Of a DNA stretch of 64,000 nucleotides, positions 37,319 through 47,455 are shown piece by piece. The DNA is taken from contig JBBRTD010000001.1 in assembly GCA_038244685.1 (NCBI GenBank), forward strand, positions 2,339 through 66,338. The letters are read 5' to 3'. Position numbers and translations under genes: made by a program. The stretch comes from Minisyncoccia bacterium (lineage in GTDB: Bacteria; Patescibacteriota; Minisyncoccia; Phycocordibacterales; UBA9973). How positions within the stretch are numbered: position 1 is the first letter of the stretch; the number at the start of each line of letters is the position of its first letter. The notes beneath the pieces are model-generated. The model ran no database searches. It was not told the DNA's origin and was given only the letters and a program-made list of their open reading frames with translations.

Positions 37319-38554
37319 CTATTTCCACTTTTTATATTTATCTAAAATTTTACTTAAAATAATAATAAATTTATCTAATTCTTTTTTATTAGTATATCTT
37401 CCTAATGTTATTCGAAGAGATCCCTCTTCTTCATTTAACTCACTGCCCGCAGATTCTTTTAATGCTTTTATAACATAAGAATCACTATCTTCTCCACTTT
37501 TACAAGCACTTCTGGAGGATACCTCTATTCCCTTTGCCCCAAGTTCTAAGACTAAGAGTTCGCTTGAAATACCAGAAATTGAAATATTTATATTATTCGG
37601 AAGCCTCTTCTTCTTGTCACCATTTAAAATAATTTCAAATGGTAATATTTTTATTGCTAATAATTTTTCAATAAAATAATCTCTAAGGGAGTTTAATCTT
37701 ATCGTTTCCTTGATTTTTATCTTATTTGTAATTTCTAAAGCAAGTGCCAAGCCAGCAATCAATGAAACACTTTCTGTTCCTGATCTTAATCCAGATTCTT
37801 GACCTCCTCCATTATATAAAGGAGAAAGAGGAACTGATCTTTTTTTATACAAAACACCAATACTTTTTGGTCCATATATTTTTGAACCGTTAAAAGAAAG
37901 CATATCAACACCTAACTTTTCAACATTTGAAGTATCTAGATAATTCATAGCCTGAGTTGCATCGGAATGGAAAAGAGGGAAAATAGTTAAACTCTGACCC
38001 TTATAATGCCTTATTGCTTTTGATATTTCTTGTATTGGCTGAATTGTCCCTATCTCGTTATTGGCATAAATAATTGAAACAATGATAGTATTACTCTTTA
38101 TGGCATCTTTGATATCTTTTGGGTTTACAATTCCATTCTCATCTACTTTTATATAAGTTACACAAGCCCTACCTTCTTCTTCTAAAGATCGACAATTCAT
38201 AAGGACAGCGGGATGTTCTATCGCTGTTGTAATAATATGTGGTATTTTATATTCTAATACTTTTTTACTAAATGAAATTTCGTAATTTCTAACTATTCCC
38301 AAAATTGCGAGTGCGTTACTCTCTGTACTACTTCCCGTAAATATTATCTCATCACTATGAGCATTTATTCCTTTCGCGATCATTTCTCTAGATTTTTCGA
38401 TAATGTCCCTAACTTTTACCCCACTACCATGAATAGAGGTCGGGTTTGCATAAAAGTTCTTTTCATATTTAGACATCAATTCGAGCACCTTTTTATCAAT
38501 AGGTGTCGCACTCGCATAATCAAGATATATTTTAGGATAAGTTCTTATTTTCAT
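37319..38554 (-). CDS. iscS: Cysteine desulfurase (IscS/NifS)
   Basis: YLDYASATP, EHPAV, NNEIG, SDATQA, SKIYGPK, RSGT, SSRSAC. Confidence 0.92.
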   Translation of the reverse strand: MKIRTYPKIYLDYASATPIDKKVLELMSKYEKNFYANPTSIHGSGVKVRDIIEKSREMIAKGINAHSDEIIFTGSSTESNALAILGIVRNYEISFSKKVLEYKIPHIITTAIEHPAVLMNCRSLEEEGRACVTYIKVDENGIVNPKDIKDAIKSNTIIVSIIYANNEIGTIQPIQEISKAIRHYKGQSLTIFPLFHSDATQAMNYLDTSNVEKLGVDMLSFNGSKIYGPKSIGVLYKKRSVPLSPLYNGGGQESGLRSGTESVSLIAGLALALEITNKIKIKETIRLNSLRDYFIEKLLAIKILPFEIILNGDKKKRLPNNINISISGISSELLVLELGAKGIEVSSRSACKSGEDSDSYVIKALKESAGSELNEEEGSLRITLGRYTNKKELDKFIIILSKILDKYKKWK

Positions 38555-38621
38555 AATATTTAATATTATAACTATAACATAGTTGTAAAAAAAGCCTTAC
38601 TAGTATATACTCTTTTAAGTT

Positions 38622-39065
38622 ATGAGTATTTCTATCTTAGTTTATATACAATCTGGTGTTATCGTAATCCTTTTGTTATGGATTGGGTTAACGGAGTATA
38701 GATTTAAAAAATTTTTCGCTGGAACAAAAGCTCGTAATCTAGAAGGAGTAATGATAGAACTAGGAGAGCAAATGACTGATATTAAAGACATCCAAGGAAA
38801 AATTAATAAACACTTGGTAATAGTAGACACGCGTCTCAATAAATCAATTCGTAGTGTCGAGACAGTTCGCTTCAATCCTTTCTTAGACGCAGGCAGCAAT
38901 CAAAGTTTTGCTATATCTTTTATGAACGATGAGGGCAATGGAGTAGTAATGTCTAGTTTATATGCTCGTGACCGTATGAGTATATTTGCAAAACCAATAA
39001 TAGACGGCAAATCAGAGTTTGAGTTATCAACTGAAGAAAAAGATGTTTTAGAAAAATCAAAATAA
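38622..39065 (+). CDS. DUF4446 family protein
   Basis: N-terminal TM; VRFNPF..GSNQSFAI...GVVMSSLYARD...AKPI...LSTEE. Confidence 0.85.
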   Translation: MSISILVYIQSGVIVILLLWIGLTEYRFKKFFAGTKARNLEGVMIELGEQMTDIKDIQGKINKHLVIVDTRLNKSIRSVETVRFNPFLDAGSNQSFAISFMNDEGNGVVMSSLYARDRMSIFAKPIIDGKSEFELSTEEKDVLEKSK

Positions 39066-39066
39066 A

Positions 39067-40590
39067 ATGAATAAAGACCCATTACAACAAAATAATGAAA
39101 TAAATAAAAAGGTACGACCGCCTGTAGTTGTTGTTATGGGACATGTTGACCATGGTAAATCTACTCTTCTTGATTATATCCGTAAATCAAATGTCGTTGA
39201 AGGAGAAGCCGGTGGCATTACGCAAAGCATTAGTGCTTATGAAGTAAGCAATAAAGGTGAATCAGGAGAAAACAGACTTATAACCTTCCTAGATACTCCT
39301 GGACATGAAGCTTTTTCTAAGATGCGTGCTCGAGGAGCTGAAGCGGCCGACATTGCTATTCTTGTTGTATCAGCAGAAGATTCAGTTAAGGCTCAAACAA
39401 TAGAAGCTTACAATACAATCATCGAAAGCAAAATTCCTTACATCGTCGCAATAAACAAAATAGACAGACCAAATGCAAATATTGAAAAAACAAAAATGGA
39501 CCTTGTGGAAAAAGGTATTTATCTTGAAGGTATGGGAGGAGATATACCATTCGTTGCCATTTCAGCAAAAGTAGGAACTGGAGTTGCAGAGCTTCTAGAT
39601 ATGATTATTCTTGTTTCTGATATGCAATCATTTACTGGAAACAAAGAACTAAATGCATCTGGAATAATAATTGAAGCCAATCGTGAACCAAGACGTGGAA
39701 TTTCTGCTTCTTGTATCATTAAAAATGGAACACTTAAATCTGGAATGTTCGTTGTGGCAGGAAGTGCTTTAGTTACAACTCGCATAATGGAAAACTTTTT
39801 AGGAAAACCAATAAAAGAAGCAACCTTCTCATCCCCTATTCTTCTTGTTGGATTTGAATCTATGCCATTAGTTGGAAGCACTTTTGAATCTTTCACTACC
39901 AAAAAAGAAGCTGAAATTTTCATGAATATTGCAAAAGATGAAGCTTTCGATAGTAAAATCCAAAAGAAAAATATTCCTCAAATTGGTAAAATAATTCCGA
40001 TAATAATTAAAACCGATGTTGTTGGCTCAATGGAGGCACTCGAAAAAGAAATCAGTAAATTAAATAATGAAGAAATATCTTATAAAATTATCAGCTTTGG
40101 AGTAGGAGCTATTAATGAATCTGATCTTAAAATGGCAAATGCCAATAAGGAAACTATAGTTGTTGGATTTAATACAAAACTAGACAATGGAGCAAAAGAC
40201 TTAAATGAAACACTTAAGGTCAATGTTGAAGTATTCGATATCATCTACAAATTAACAGACTGGCTTAAAATATTAATTGAGGAAAGAAAACCAAAAATTG
40301 AAACAGTAGAAGTAACAGGATCACTTAAAATCTTAAAAACTTTTGGAGCCACAAAAGACAGACAAGTCGTTGGTGGTAAGGTTATACAAGGACGAATCGT
40401 AAATGGTGGATTGGTCAGAATAATGCGCCGTGAATTTGAAATCGGTAAAGGAAAAATAATTGAACTTCAGCATAATAAAATAAAAGCAAAAGAAGTATTA
40501 GAAGAGAGTGAATGTGGAGTTCAAGTAGAAACTAAGACTGGTATTTCACCCGGAGATGTATTAGAAGCTTTCATTATAACAATAAAATAA
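39067..40590 (+). CDS. infB: Translation initiation factor IF-2 (no N-terminal domain)
   Basis: RPPVVVVMGHVDHGKST, FLDTPGHEAF, NKID; only about 16 aa precede the G domain. Confidence 0.97.
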   Translation: MNKDPLQQNNEINKKVRPPVVVVMGHVDHGKSTLLDYIRKSNVVEGEAGGITQSISAYEVSNKGESGENRLITFLDTPGHEAFSKMRARGAEAADIAILVVSAEDSVKAQTIEAYNTIIESKIPYIVAINKIDRPNANIEKTKMDLVEKGIYLEGMGGDIPFVAISAKVGTGVAELLDMIILVSDMQSFTGNKELNASGIIIEANREPRRGISASCIIKNGTLKSGMFVVAGSALVTTRIMENFLGKPIKEATFSSPILLVGFESMPLVGSTFESFTTKKEAEIFMNIAKDEAFDSKIQKKNIPQIGKIIPIIIKTDVVGSMEALEKEISKLNNEEISYKIISFGVGAINESDLKMANANKETIVVGFNTKLDNGAKDLNETLKVNVEVFDIIYKLTDWLKILIEERKPKIETVEVTGSLKILKTFGATKDRQVVGGKVIQGRIVNGGLVRIMRREFEIGKGKIIELQHNKIKAKEVLEESECGVQVETKTGISPGDVLEAFIITIK

Positions 40591-40591
40591 A

Positions 40592-40918
40592 ATGTCTGAA
40601 TATAGATCTGAAAAAATAACAAACCATATAAAAGAGCTTGCAGCTACTTTTATTGAAAGAGAAGCTGGCCCTACTTCTATGATTACTGTCACTAGAGTTG
40701 TTCTTTCTCCTGATAATAAGCGTGCCAAAATTATGATTAGTGTTTTACCTCGTGAAAAAGAAAAAGCGGCTTATGGATTTATAAGAAGAAATCTAGGTGA
40801 CTTACGTAAGCATGTTAAAAAAGGATTGAAAATAAATCCTATTCCCTATTTGGAAGTTGAGATAGATGAAGGGGAAAAAAATAGACAAAGAATTGACGAA
40901 TTACTAATCCAAGGTTAG
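40592..40918 (+). CDS. rbfA: Ribosome-binding factor A
   Basis: Follows infB; ITVTRV.LSPD, P.L..E.D, RIDELL. Confidence 0.9.
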   Translation: MSEYRSEKITNHIKELAATFIEREAGPTSMITVTRVVLSPDNKRAKIMISVLPREKEKAAYGFIRRNLGDLRKHVKKGLKINPIPYLEVEIDEGEKNRQRIDELLIQG

Positions 40919-40940
40919 TATTGATAAACAGAATAAAAAA

Positions 40941-41012
40941 GGCCTGGTAGCCAAGTGGTAAGGCAGAGATCTGCAAAATCTCTATACAGCGGTTCAATTC
41001 CGCTCCAGGCCT
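40941..41012 (+). tRNA. tRNA-Cys(GCA)
   Basis: GGCCTGG..GAGAT-CTGCAAA-ATCTC..AGCGG-TTCAATT-CCGCT-CCAGGCC-T. Confidence 0.96.
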
Positions 41013-41058
41013 CAAAAAAAGTAGCAATTTATATAAATCTTTGCTAGTATAACTTCAT

Positions 41059-41143
41059 GCCCAGGTGGCGGAATTGGTATACGCGCTAGTCTTAGGAACT
41101 AGTGGAGTAATCCTTGGAGGTTCAAGTCCTCTCCTGGGCACCA
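41059..41143 (+). tRNA. tRNA-Leu(TAG)
   Basis: GCCCAGG..CTAGT-CTTAGGA-ACTAG, variable arm, GGAGG-TTCAAGT-CCTCT-CCTGGGC-A-CCA. Confidence 0.96.
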
Positions 41144-41188
41144 TAAGAAAAATCCCAAGCGAAAGCTTTGGGATTTTTCTTATGGTGC
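41138..41188 (+). terminator. Terminator hairpin that includes the tRNA-Leu 3' end
   Basis: gcaccataagaaaaatcccaagc-gaaa-gctttgggatttttcttatggtgc. Confidence 0.8.
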
Positions 41189-41209
41189 ACTTCATGCTAA
41201 ACTAATTCC

Positions 41210-42079
41210 ATGTCTCACGAAGAAACAGCGCTTAAAACAACGTATTTTAGTATTATAAGTAATACTCTACTTGCCACAATTAAATGGACCGCTGGATACT
41301 TCGGTAACTCATATGCTCTTATAGCAGACGCAATAGAATCTACCACCGATATCTTTTCATCAGCCTTAGTTTTATTTGGTATTAAATATTCAAGCAAACC
41401 AGCAGACAAGAATCATCCATACGGGCACGGAAGAATTGAACCGTTGGTTACTTTTGCTGTCGTTGGTTTTTTGGTTATCTCTGCTTCTATTATTGCAAGA
41501 CAAGCGATTATAAATATTCAAACGCCTCATGAATTGCCGCGTGCTTATACTCTCATAATATTAGCTCTTATAATTACCTGGAAGGAAATTTCATATAGGT
41601 TAGTTTTAAAAAAAAGTAAAGAAACAAAAAGTAGTTCTCTTAAAGCAGACGCCTGGCACCATCGAAGTGATGCCATAACTTCAGTGGCAGCATTTATTGG
41701 AATATTAATTGCTTTAATTCTTGGTAAAGGTTTTGAATCAGCCGATGACTGGGCAGCCTTATTTGCGGCTATGTTCATTCTTTATAATTGTTATCTTATT
41801 TTTAGACCAGCGCTAGGCGAAGTCATGGATGAAAATACGCACGATGATGTTGTGCTTAAAGTTAGAGAAATATCAAAAAAAGTAATTGGTGTGATAGAAA
41901 CAGAAAAATGCTTAATAAGAAAAACTGGAATGAAATACCACGTGGATTTACATGTGATTGTTGAATCAACTATTACTGTTAAAGAGGGACACAGTATCTC
42001 TCATAAATTAAAAGACATCCTAAAAGCAGAAATGCCTGAAGTTTCAAATATTTTGATTCACGTTGAACCAAATCTCTAG
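41210..42079 (+). CDS. Cation diffusion facilitator (FieF-like) transporter
   Basis: SYALIADAIES..D, HPYGHGRIE, ADAWHHRSD, IHVEP. Confidence 0.93.
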   Translation: MSHEETALKTTYFSIISNTLLATIKWTAGYFGNSYALIADAIESTTDIFSSALVLFGIKYSSKPADKNHPYGHGRIEPLVTFAVVGFLVISASIIARQAIINIQTPHELPRAYTLIILALIITWKEISYRLVLKKSKETKSSSLKADAWHHRSDAITSVAAFIGILIALILGKGFESADDWAALFAAMFILYNCYLIFRPALGEVMDENTHDDVVLKVREISKKVIGVIETEKCLIRKTGMKYHVDLHVIVESTITVKEGHSISHKLKDILKAEMPEVSNILIHVEPNL

Positions 42080-42127
42080 AATACCTTTTATTTGCAATAT
42101 TTACATAAATATAGTAGTATAAAAAAT

Positions 42128-42361
42128 ATGACGATTATTGCTAATATATTGCCTTATATACAAATTATACTATCTATTATCCTAATTGCAGCAATTTTGC
42201 TACAGCAATCTGATGCAGGTGTAGGCGGAGTACTAGGAGGAGGAGACGCTGGTGGTCTTTACCATACACGTCGTGGTTTCGAAAAGTTCCTTTTTGTAAT
42301 GACTATAGTTGTTGCTATTCTTTTGACTCTCTCATCTCTTATCGCAATATTCGTTAAGTAG
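42128..42361 (+). CDS. secG: Preprotein translocase subunit SecG
   Basis: ILLQQSDAGVGG..GG...TRRGFEKFL; start at 42128. Confidence 0.9.
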   Translation: MTIIANILPYIQIILSIILIAAILLQQSDAGVGGVLGGGDAGGLYHTRRGFEKFLFVMTIVVAILLTLSSLIAIFVK

Positions 42362-42415
42362 TTTTTAACTACTATATTAACCAATAAAGATTAATTTCAC
42401 TCTTTGAGTGTATCT

Positions 42416-44218
42416 ATGCATAAATTTCTCTCATTTATAAAAGAATTTCGTATCCCCAAAAAACAAGAACTTGTAACAGCATTAACATCATTTTCTAAAA
42501 AAGAATTCTACATTTTCACAACTATTGTAATAGTCGCCTTTTGTGGAATGATAATTATTCTAAATAATTTAAACAATAAATTTTTAGTTGATGTTCCAGT
42601 TAAGGGTGGTTCAATAACTGAAGGAATAATAGGAATGCCAACATTAGTAAACCCAGTTCTGGCTGTTTCAGATGCAGATAAAGATTTAGTATCACTTATC
42701 TATAGTGGATTAGTTCGAAGACAGTCAGATGGTGCTTATATACCAGACCTAGCTGAGTCTTACACTATTTCTCCTGATGGTCTAAATTATACTTTTATTA
42801 TAAAAGATGATGCAAAATTCCATGATGGAAAAAAAGTAACATCAGATGATATTGTTTTTACTATTAATAAGATAAAAGATGTTGCAATAAAAAGCCCAAA
42901 AAGAATCGGCTGGGATGGTATTAATGTAGAGAAAATTGATGACAAGACTGTTGTATTTAAGCTAAAGCAACCATATATATCTTTTCTGGATAATATGACT
43001 ATCGGTATCTTGCCTTTGCATATATGGAAAAATATAAATGATTCCCTTTTTAGTATTTCCCCTTTTAATACCAAGGCAATTGGATCAGGCCCATATAAAG
43101 TCAAATCAGTTTCAAAAAACAAAGATGGAATTCCTGAAGAATATGTTCTAAGAAATTTTTCAGATTTTACTCTTGGAGTTCCAAATATTAAAAATATTAC
43201 AATAAAATCGTTTTCAAACGAAAAAGATTTAGTTCAAGCACTTCTTGATGGAAATATAAATCAAGCAAGTGGTATAAGTCCTAAAAATGCAGAAATAATT
43301 AAAAAAGATTCTGTAATTCATACAGCATCTACACCAAGAATATTTGGATTATTTTATAATAGTGCAAATAATAAAATATTTGCTGATTCAAACGTAGTAA
43401 ACGCTTTTAATTATGCTTTGAACAGACAAGGAATCGTCGACCAAGTACTTTATGGGTACGGAACACCAGTAAACAGTCCAATTCCAGAAACTATTTTAAA
43501 AAATGATACAAACAACACAAGTACAAATGATGAACTTGTAATTAAGGCCAATGAATTGTTGGACAAAAACGGTTGGGTGTTGGGAGATGATGGAGTTAGA
43601 ACAAAAGGTGGTACAACTACTGTAACCAAAACAAAGAAAGTAGGAAAAAAGACAGTTACTGAAAAAGTTAAAGTTAATAATGGCCCGATTGTTCGACTTG
43701 AATTTTCACTAACAACAGGAGACACCCAAGAACTTAGACTTGCAACTGAAATAATTAAAACTGAATTAGAAAAAATAGGAGCAAAAGTTGATATTCAAAA
43801 GGTATATGAAATGGGACCATTGAATCAAGTCATACGAAACCGTGAATATGAGGCATTGTTTTTTGGTCAAATAATAAATCATGAATCTGATCTATTTTCT
43901 TTTTGGCATTCTTCACAAAGAAAAGATCCTGGTTTGAATATATCTATGTACAGTAATGTAAAAGTAGATAAAATCTTAGAAGATGCCCAAAAAATAGTCG
44001 ATTCCGAAGAAAGAAATATAAAATATAAGAGTTTTGCCGAAGAATTTAATAAAGACCTTCCCGCTTTGTTAATATATTCACCAAAGTATTTATATGCTAC
44101 ATCTCTTGAATTAAATAATATAAATCTTAATACATTAATAAACCCTTCTGACAGATTTTCGTCTGTATACACATGGTATGCAAACAAAGATCATGTCTGG
44201 AAAATCTTTACTAAATAA
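42416..44218 (+). CDS. Family-5 (OppA/DppA-like) substrate-binding protein, TM-anchored
   Basis: LNPV-like LVNPVL, LIYSGL, PDLAES, FHDG..VTSDDIVFT, IGSGPYK, WHSSQ. Confidence 0.9.
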   Translation: MHKFLSFIKEFRIPKKQELVTALTSFSKKEFYIFTTIVIVAFCGMIIILNNLNNKFLVDVPVKGGSITEGIIGMPTLVNPVLAVSDADKDLVSLIYSGLVRRQSDGAYIPDLAESYTISPDGLNYTFIIKDDAKFHDGKKVTSDDIVFTINKIKDVAIKSPKRIGWDGINVEKIDDKTVVFKLKQPYISFLDNMTIGILPLHIWKNINDSLFSISPFNTKAIGSGPYKVKSVSKNKDGIPEEYVLRNFSDFTLGVPNIKNITIKSFSNEKDLVQALLDGNINQASGISPKNAEIIKKDSVIHTASTPRIFGLFYNSANNKIFADSNVVNAFNYALNRQGIVDQVLYGYGTPVNSPIPETILKNDTNNTSTNDELVIKANELLDKNGWVLGDDGVRTKGGTTTVTKTKKVGKKTVTEKVKVNNGPIVRLEFSLTTGDTQELRLATEIIKTELEKIGAKVDIQKVYEMGPLNQVIRNREYEALFFGQIINHESDLFSFWHSSQRKDPGLNISMYSNVKVDKILEDAQKIVDSEERNIKYKSFAEEFNKDLPALLIYSPKYLYATSLELNNINLNTLINPSDRFSSVYTWYANKDHVWKIFTK

Positions 44219-44250
44219 CAATAATCCGCACAAAGCGAAAAATTAAAAAT

Positions 44251-46242
44251 ATGAATGAAAAACCCAAAACACAGCAGAGTCCAAGTCCGGCAAACAGAAA
44301 TAACAATTTCCAATTCCGAAAAACAAACAATATTAGAGTAATACACAAACAAACAGTACCAACTAAAACAGGGACTGTTACTAAAACAACTGAGCCAAAC
44401 CAAATAAGACAAGTGGATCCAAATCTTAACAAAATGAGTCGTGGTAGCTATCAGTATGGAAGTTCAAAAGGAGGAAGAAGACCTCACATTAAAGCCCCCG
44501 TACCTCCAAAAGAAAATACGACAATTGTAAGAAAAAATAAAACAAATCTTATTCCCCCACCCGAACAAGGTGTCATTAGAATTATTCCATTAGGAGGAGT
44601 AGAAGAGATAGGAAAAAACATGACTGCTATTGAAATCGGTAACGATATTATTGTTATTGATGCTGGTATGCAATTTAAGACAGAAGATACTCCTGGAATC
44701 GATTACATAATACCTAATACGACCTATCTAGAAGAACGTAAAGACAAAATAAGAGCTATGTTCGTAACGCATGGACACTTAGACCATATCGGAGGTATTC
44801 CTCTTGTTATGAACCGTATAGGTAATCCTCCTCTATACTCAAGAAACCTTACTGTTCTTATGATAAAGAAAAGACAAGAAGAATTTCCTCATCTTCCAGC
44901 TCTTAAAACAAATGTAGTTGAAAAGGACTCCGTTATTTATGCGGGAGATATTCGAGTACGATTCTTTGGTGTTACTCACACAGTACCTGATTCAATGGGA
45001 ATAGTCATAGAAACTCCTTATGGTTCTATTGTTACACCTGGTGACTACAAATTAGACCAAGTAGATGGTGTAGTTAGCGATGAAGAAGAAAAAGAATACG
45101 CCTTTTTTGACAAAGAAAAAGTTCTTCTACTTTTAACAGACTCAACTAATATTGAGAATGAAGGATTTGCTTTGCCTGAAATAAAAGTTCATGAAGGGTT
45201 AGATAAACTTATAAAACAAGGCACTGGAAGAATAATTATTGCTGCTTTTGCTTCTCACATAACTCGCTTAGTTAAGATTGTAGAAATAGCTGAATCATTA
45301 GGTAAGAAAATAATTCTGGATGGAAGATCTCTAAAAACAAATATGGAAGTCTGCGAACAATCCGGATTATTCAAACCCAAAAAAGGAACCATCATTTCTC
45401 TTGAAGAAATAGACCAATACCCTCCTAATAAAATTATAATTCTAATGACAGGGGCTCAAGGAGAAGAATTTGCAGCTCTTAATCGTGCCGCAAATAAAAC
45501 TCACAAGAAATTCGCAATCAAACCGGGAGATACTATTATCTTATCTGCCTCTATTGTTCCTGGAAATGAAATAGCTGTTCAACATCTTAAGGACAACTTA
45601 ACACGTCAGGGAGTAAAAATAATAAGTTACCGAACTAGTGAAGAATATATTCATGCAACAGGTCACGGAAACCAAGAAGATATCAAATGGTTACACAGAA
45701 AGACTCATCCTAAATTCTTTATTCCAATTCATGGATGGCATTCAATGCTTGTAAAACATAAAGAAATAGCCATGTCTATCGGCATGTCTATGGAAAATAT
45801 TGTTGTACCTGACAATGGTTCAATTATTGAAATAATAGATAATGGATCAAAAATAGTTCTTCGTAAAGAGAAAGCCCCTTCCGGTGCAATGATGGTAGAT
45901 GGCTTCTCTATTGGAGATGAACAAGATGTTGTTATTAGAGACAGAGTCATGCTTGCCCAAGACGGAATGTTCGTCTTAATTGCAACCATTGACGGAACGT
46001 CCGGCAAGCTACGTAAATCTCCAGATATTATCTCTCGTGGTTTTATTTATTTGAAAGAAAACCAAGAGTTACTTCACCAAGTTAGAATCATCATCAAAAA
46101 AACAATTGAGGACGGAACAGCTGGAATGAATCCTATTAATTTCGACAATATAAAAACGAACTTAGGAGATAATATTTCTAAGTTCCTATTCCAAAAAACA
46201 GCGAAAAGACCACTTGTTATACCAGTATTATTAAGTATATAA
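44251..46242 (+). CDS. rnj: Ribonuclease J with long N-terminal extension
   Basis: PLGGVEEIGKNM, THGHLDHIGG, DSTN, GAQGE, HATGH, PIHG. Confidence 0.95.
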   Translation: MNEKPKTQQSPSPANRNNNFQFRKTNNIRVIHKQTVPTKTGTVTKTTEPNQIRQVDPNLNKMSRGSYQYGSSKGGRRPHIKAPVPPKENTTIVRKNKTNLIPPPEQGVIRIIPLGGVEEIGKNMTAIEIGNDIIVIDAGMQFKTEDTPGIDYIIPNTTYLEERKDKIRAMFVTHGHLDHIGGIPLVMNRIGNPPLYSRNLTVLMIKKRQEEFPHLPALKTNVVEKDSVIYAGDIRVRFFGVTHTVPDSMGIVIETPYGSIVTPGDYKLDQVDGVVSDEEEKEYAFFDKEKVLLLLTDSTNIENEGFALPEIKVHEGLDKLIKQGTGRIIIAAFASHITRLVKIVEIAESLGKKIILDGRSLKTNMEVCEQSGLFKPKKGTIISLEEIDQYPPNKIIILMTGAQGEEFAALNRAANKTHKKFAIKPGDTIILSASIVPGNEIAVQHLKDNLTRQGVKIISYRTSEEYIHATGHGNQEDIKWLHRKTHPKFFIPIHGWHSMLVKHKEIAMSIGMSMENIVVPDNGSIIEIIDNGSKIVLRKEKAPSGAMMVDGFSIGDEQDVVIRDRVMLAQDGMFVLIATIDGTSGKLRKSPDIISRGFIYLKENQELLHQVRIIIKKTIEDGTAGMNPINFDNIKTNLGDNISKFLFQKTAKRPLVIPVLLSI

Positions 46243-46273
46243 ATTATATTTTTGTATAATTAAGTTTAATTAA

Positions 46274-47455
46274 ATGAAGACTAAAATAAACCGAATGTAT
46301 GTTCTATCATTCTTATTTACCTTACACATAGCACTTTCTGCTTATGTTAATTCAACATTCTTAACTGGAATAATTTCTGAAAAATACGTAGGAATACTCT
46401 ATACGATTGCTTCTGTTCTAGCTCTCTTACTGCTATCAAAAAGTTCGACCATTCTAAAATATTTTGGTAATCGTAAGCTTATACTTTGGTTGCTATTAAT
46501 AAACATGATATCTCTTGTTGGAATGATAACGTCCAGTAATTCATACATCATAGGAACTTCTTTCGTAGCCTTCATATCAACAAATAGTTTAATCCTTTTG
46601 TGTTTAGATATTTTTATTGAACATTTTCAGAATAAAGAGACTGTTGGTAGAAACAGAGGAATATATCTAACAATAATAAATATTGCTTGGATGGTTTCCC
46701 CTCTTGTTACATCATTCTTTATGACACAAGAAGGTGGTTATAAATCTATTTATATTTTAGCCTTTCTGTCTGTTGTTTTAATGACAGTTGGATTAATTTT
46801 TTCAGTTAGAAGTTTTGAAGACAGTGTTTATAAAAAAACTCCATTCTTAGAAGCCTTTCGATTTCTTAAAACAAATCATCATATAATGGCGATTACAACT
46901 ATTAACTTTCTTCTACAGTTCTTCTACACATGGATGGTGGTTTATACTCCAATATATCTTTTCAAACACATTGGACTTGGTTGGGAACAGATCGGTATAA
47001 TCTTTACTATTATGCTCGCTCCATTTGTCTTATTTAGTCTTCCAGTTGGAATACTGATTGATAAATATCACATTAAAAGAAGAACATTGCTATATATCGG
47101 ATTTATAATTATAAGTATTTCTACTTTATGTATCCCTTTTATGGCGACAAAAAATATATACATCTGGGCTATCGTTTTATTCCTAACAAGAACTGGAGCA
47201 AGTATCATAGAAACGACTTCAGAGATATATTTCTTTACTCATGTTGGCGAAGAAGATGCATATTTACTAGGAATTTATCGAGATATGGCACCGGTTGCTT
47301 TTATTATCGCTCCATTGCTTGCTACAATTGTCTTTCTGTATTTACCATTTAAATATCTTTTCGTTATATTAGGTATAATATTATTAACAGGGTTATATTA
47401 TATCCCTAAATTAAAACAGAATAACACATATGGAATATCCAATCAGAATAAATAA
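46274..47455 (+). CDS. MFS transporter
   Basis: About 12 TM segments; G.LIDKY motif. Confidence 0.8.
   Translation: MKTKINRMYVLSFLFTLHIALSAYVNSTFLTGIISEKYVGILYTIASVLALLLLSKSSTILKYFGNRKLILWLLLINMISLVGMITSSNSYIIGTSFVAFISTNSLILLCLDIFIEHFQNKETVGRNRGIYLTIINIAWMVSPLVTSFFMTQEGGYKSIYILAFLSVVLMTVGLIFSVRSFEDSVYKKTPFLEAFRFLKTNHHIMAITTINFLLQFFYTWMVVYTPIYLFKHIGLGWEQIGIIFTIMLAPFVLFSLPVGILIDKYHIKRRTLLYIGFIIISISTLCIPFMATKNIYIWAIVLFLTRTGASIIETTSEIYFFTHVGEEDAYLLGIYRDMAPVAFIIAPLLATIVFLYLPFKYLFVILGIILLTGLYYIPKLKQNNTYGISNQNK

Noticed and set aside
37985-38005. KGQSL in IscS as an in-frame palindromic repeat insertion
   Set aside because: The DNA (aagggtcagagttta) is not palindromic enough to support it.
39067-40590. 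Short IF2, alpha2 GlyRS, type-2 IleRS and Cys-less S18 as novelties
   Set aside because: Known variants expected in reduced or CPR genomes; used only as taxonomic hints.
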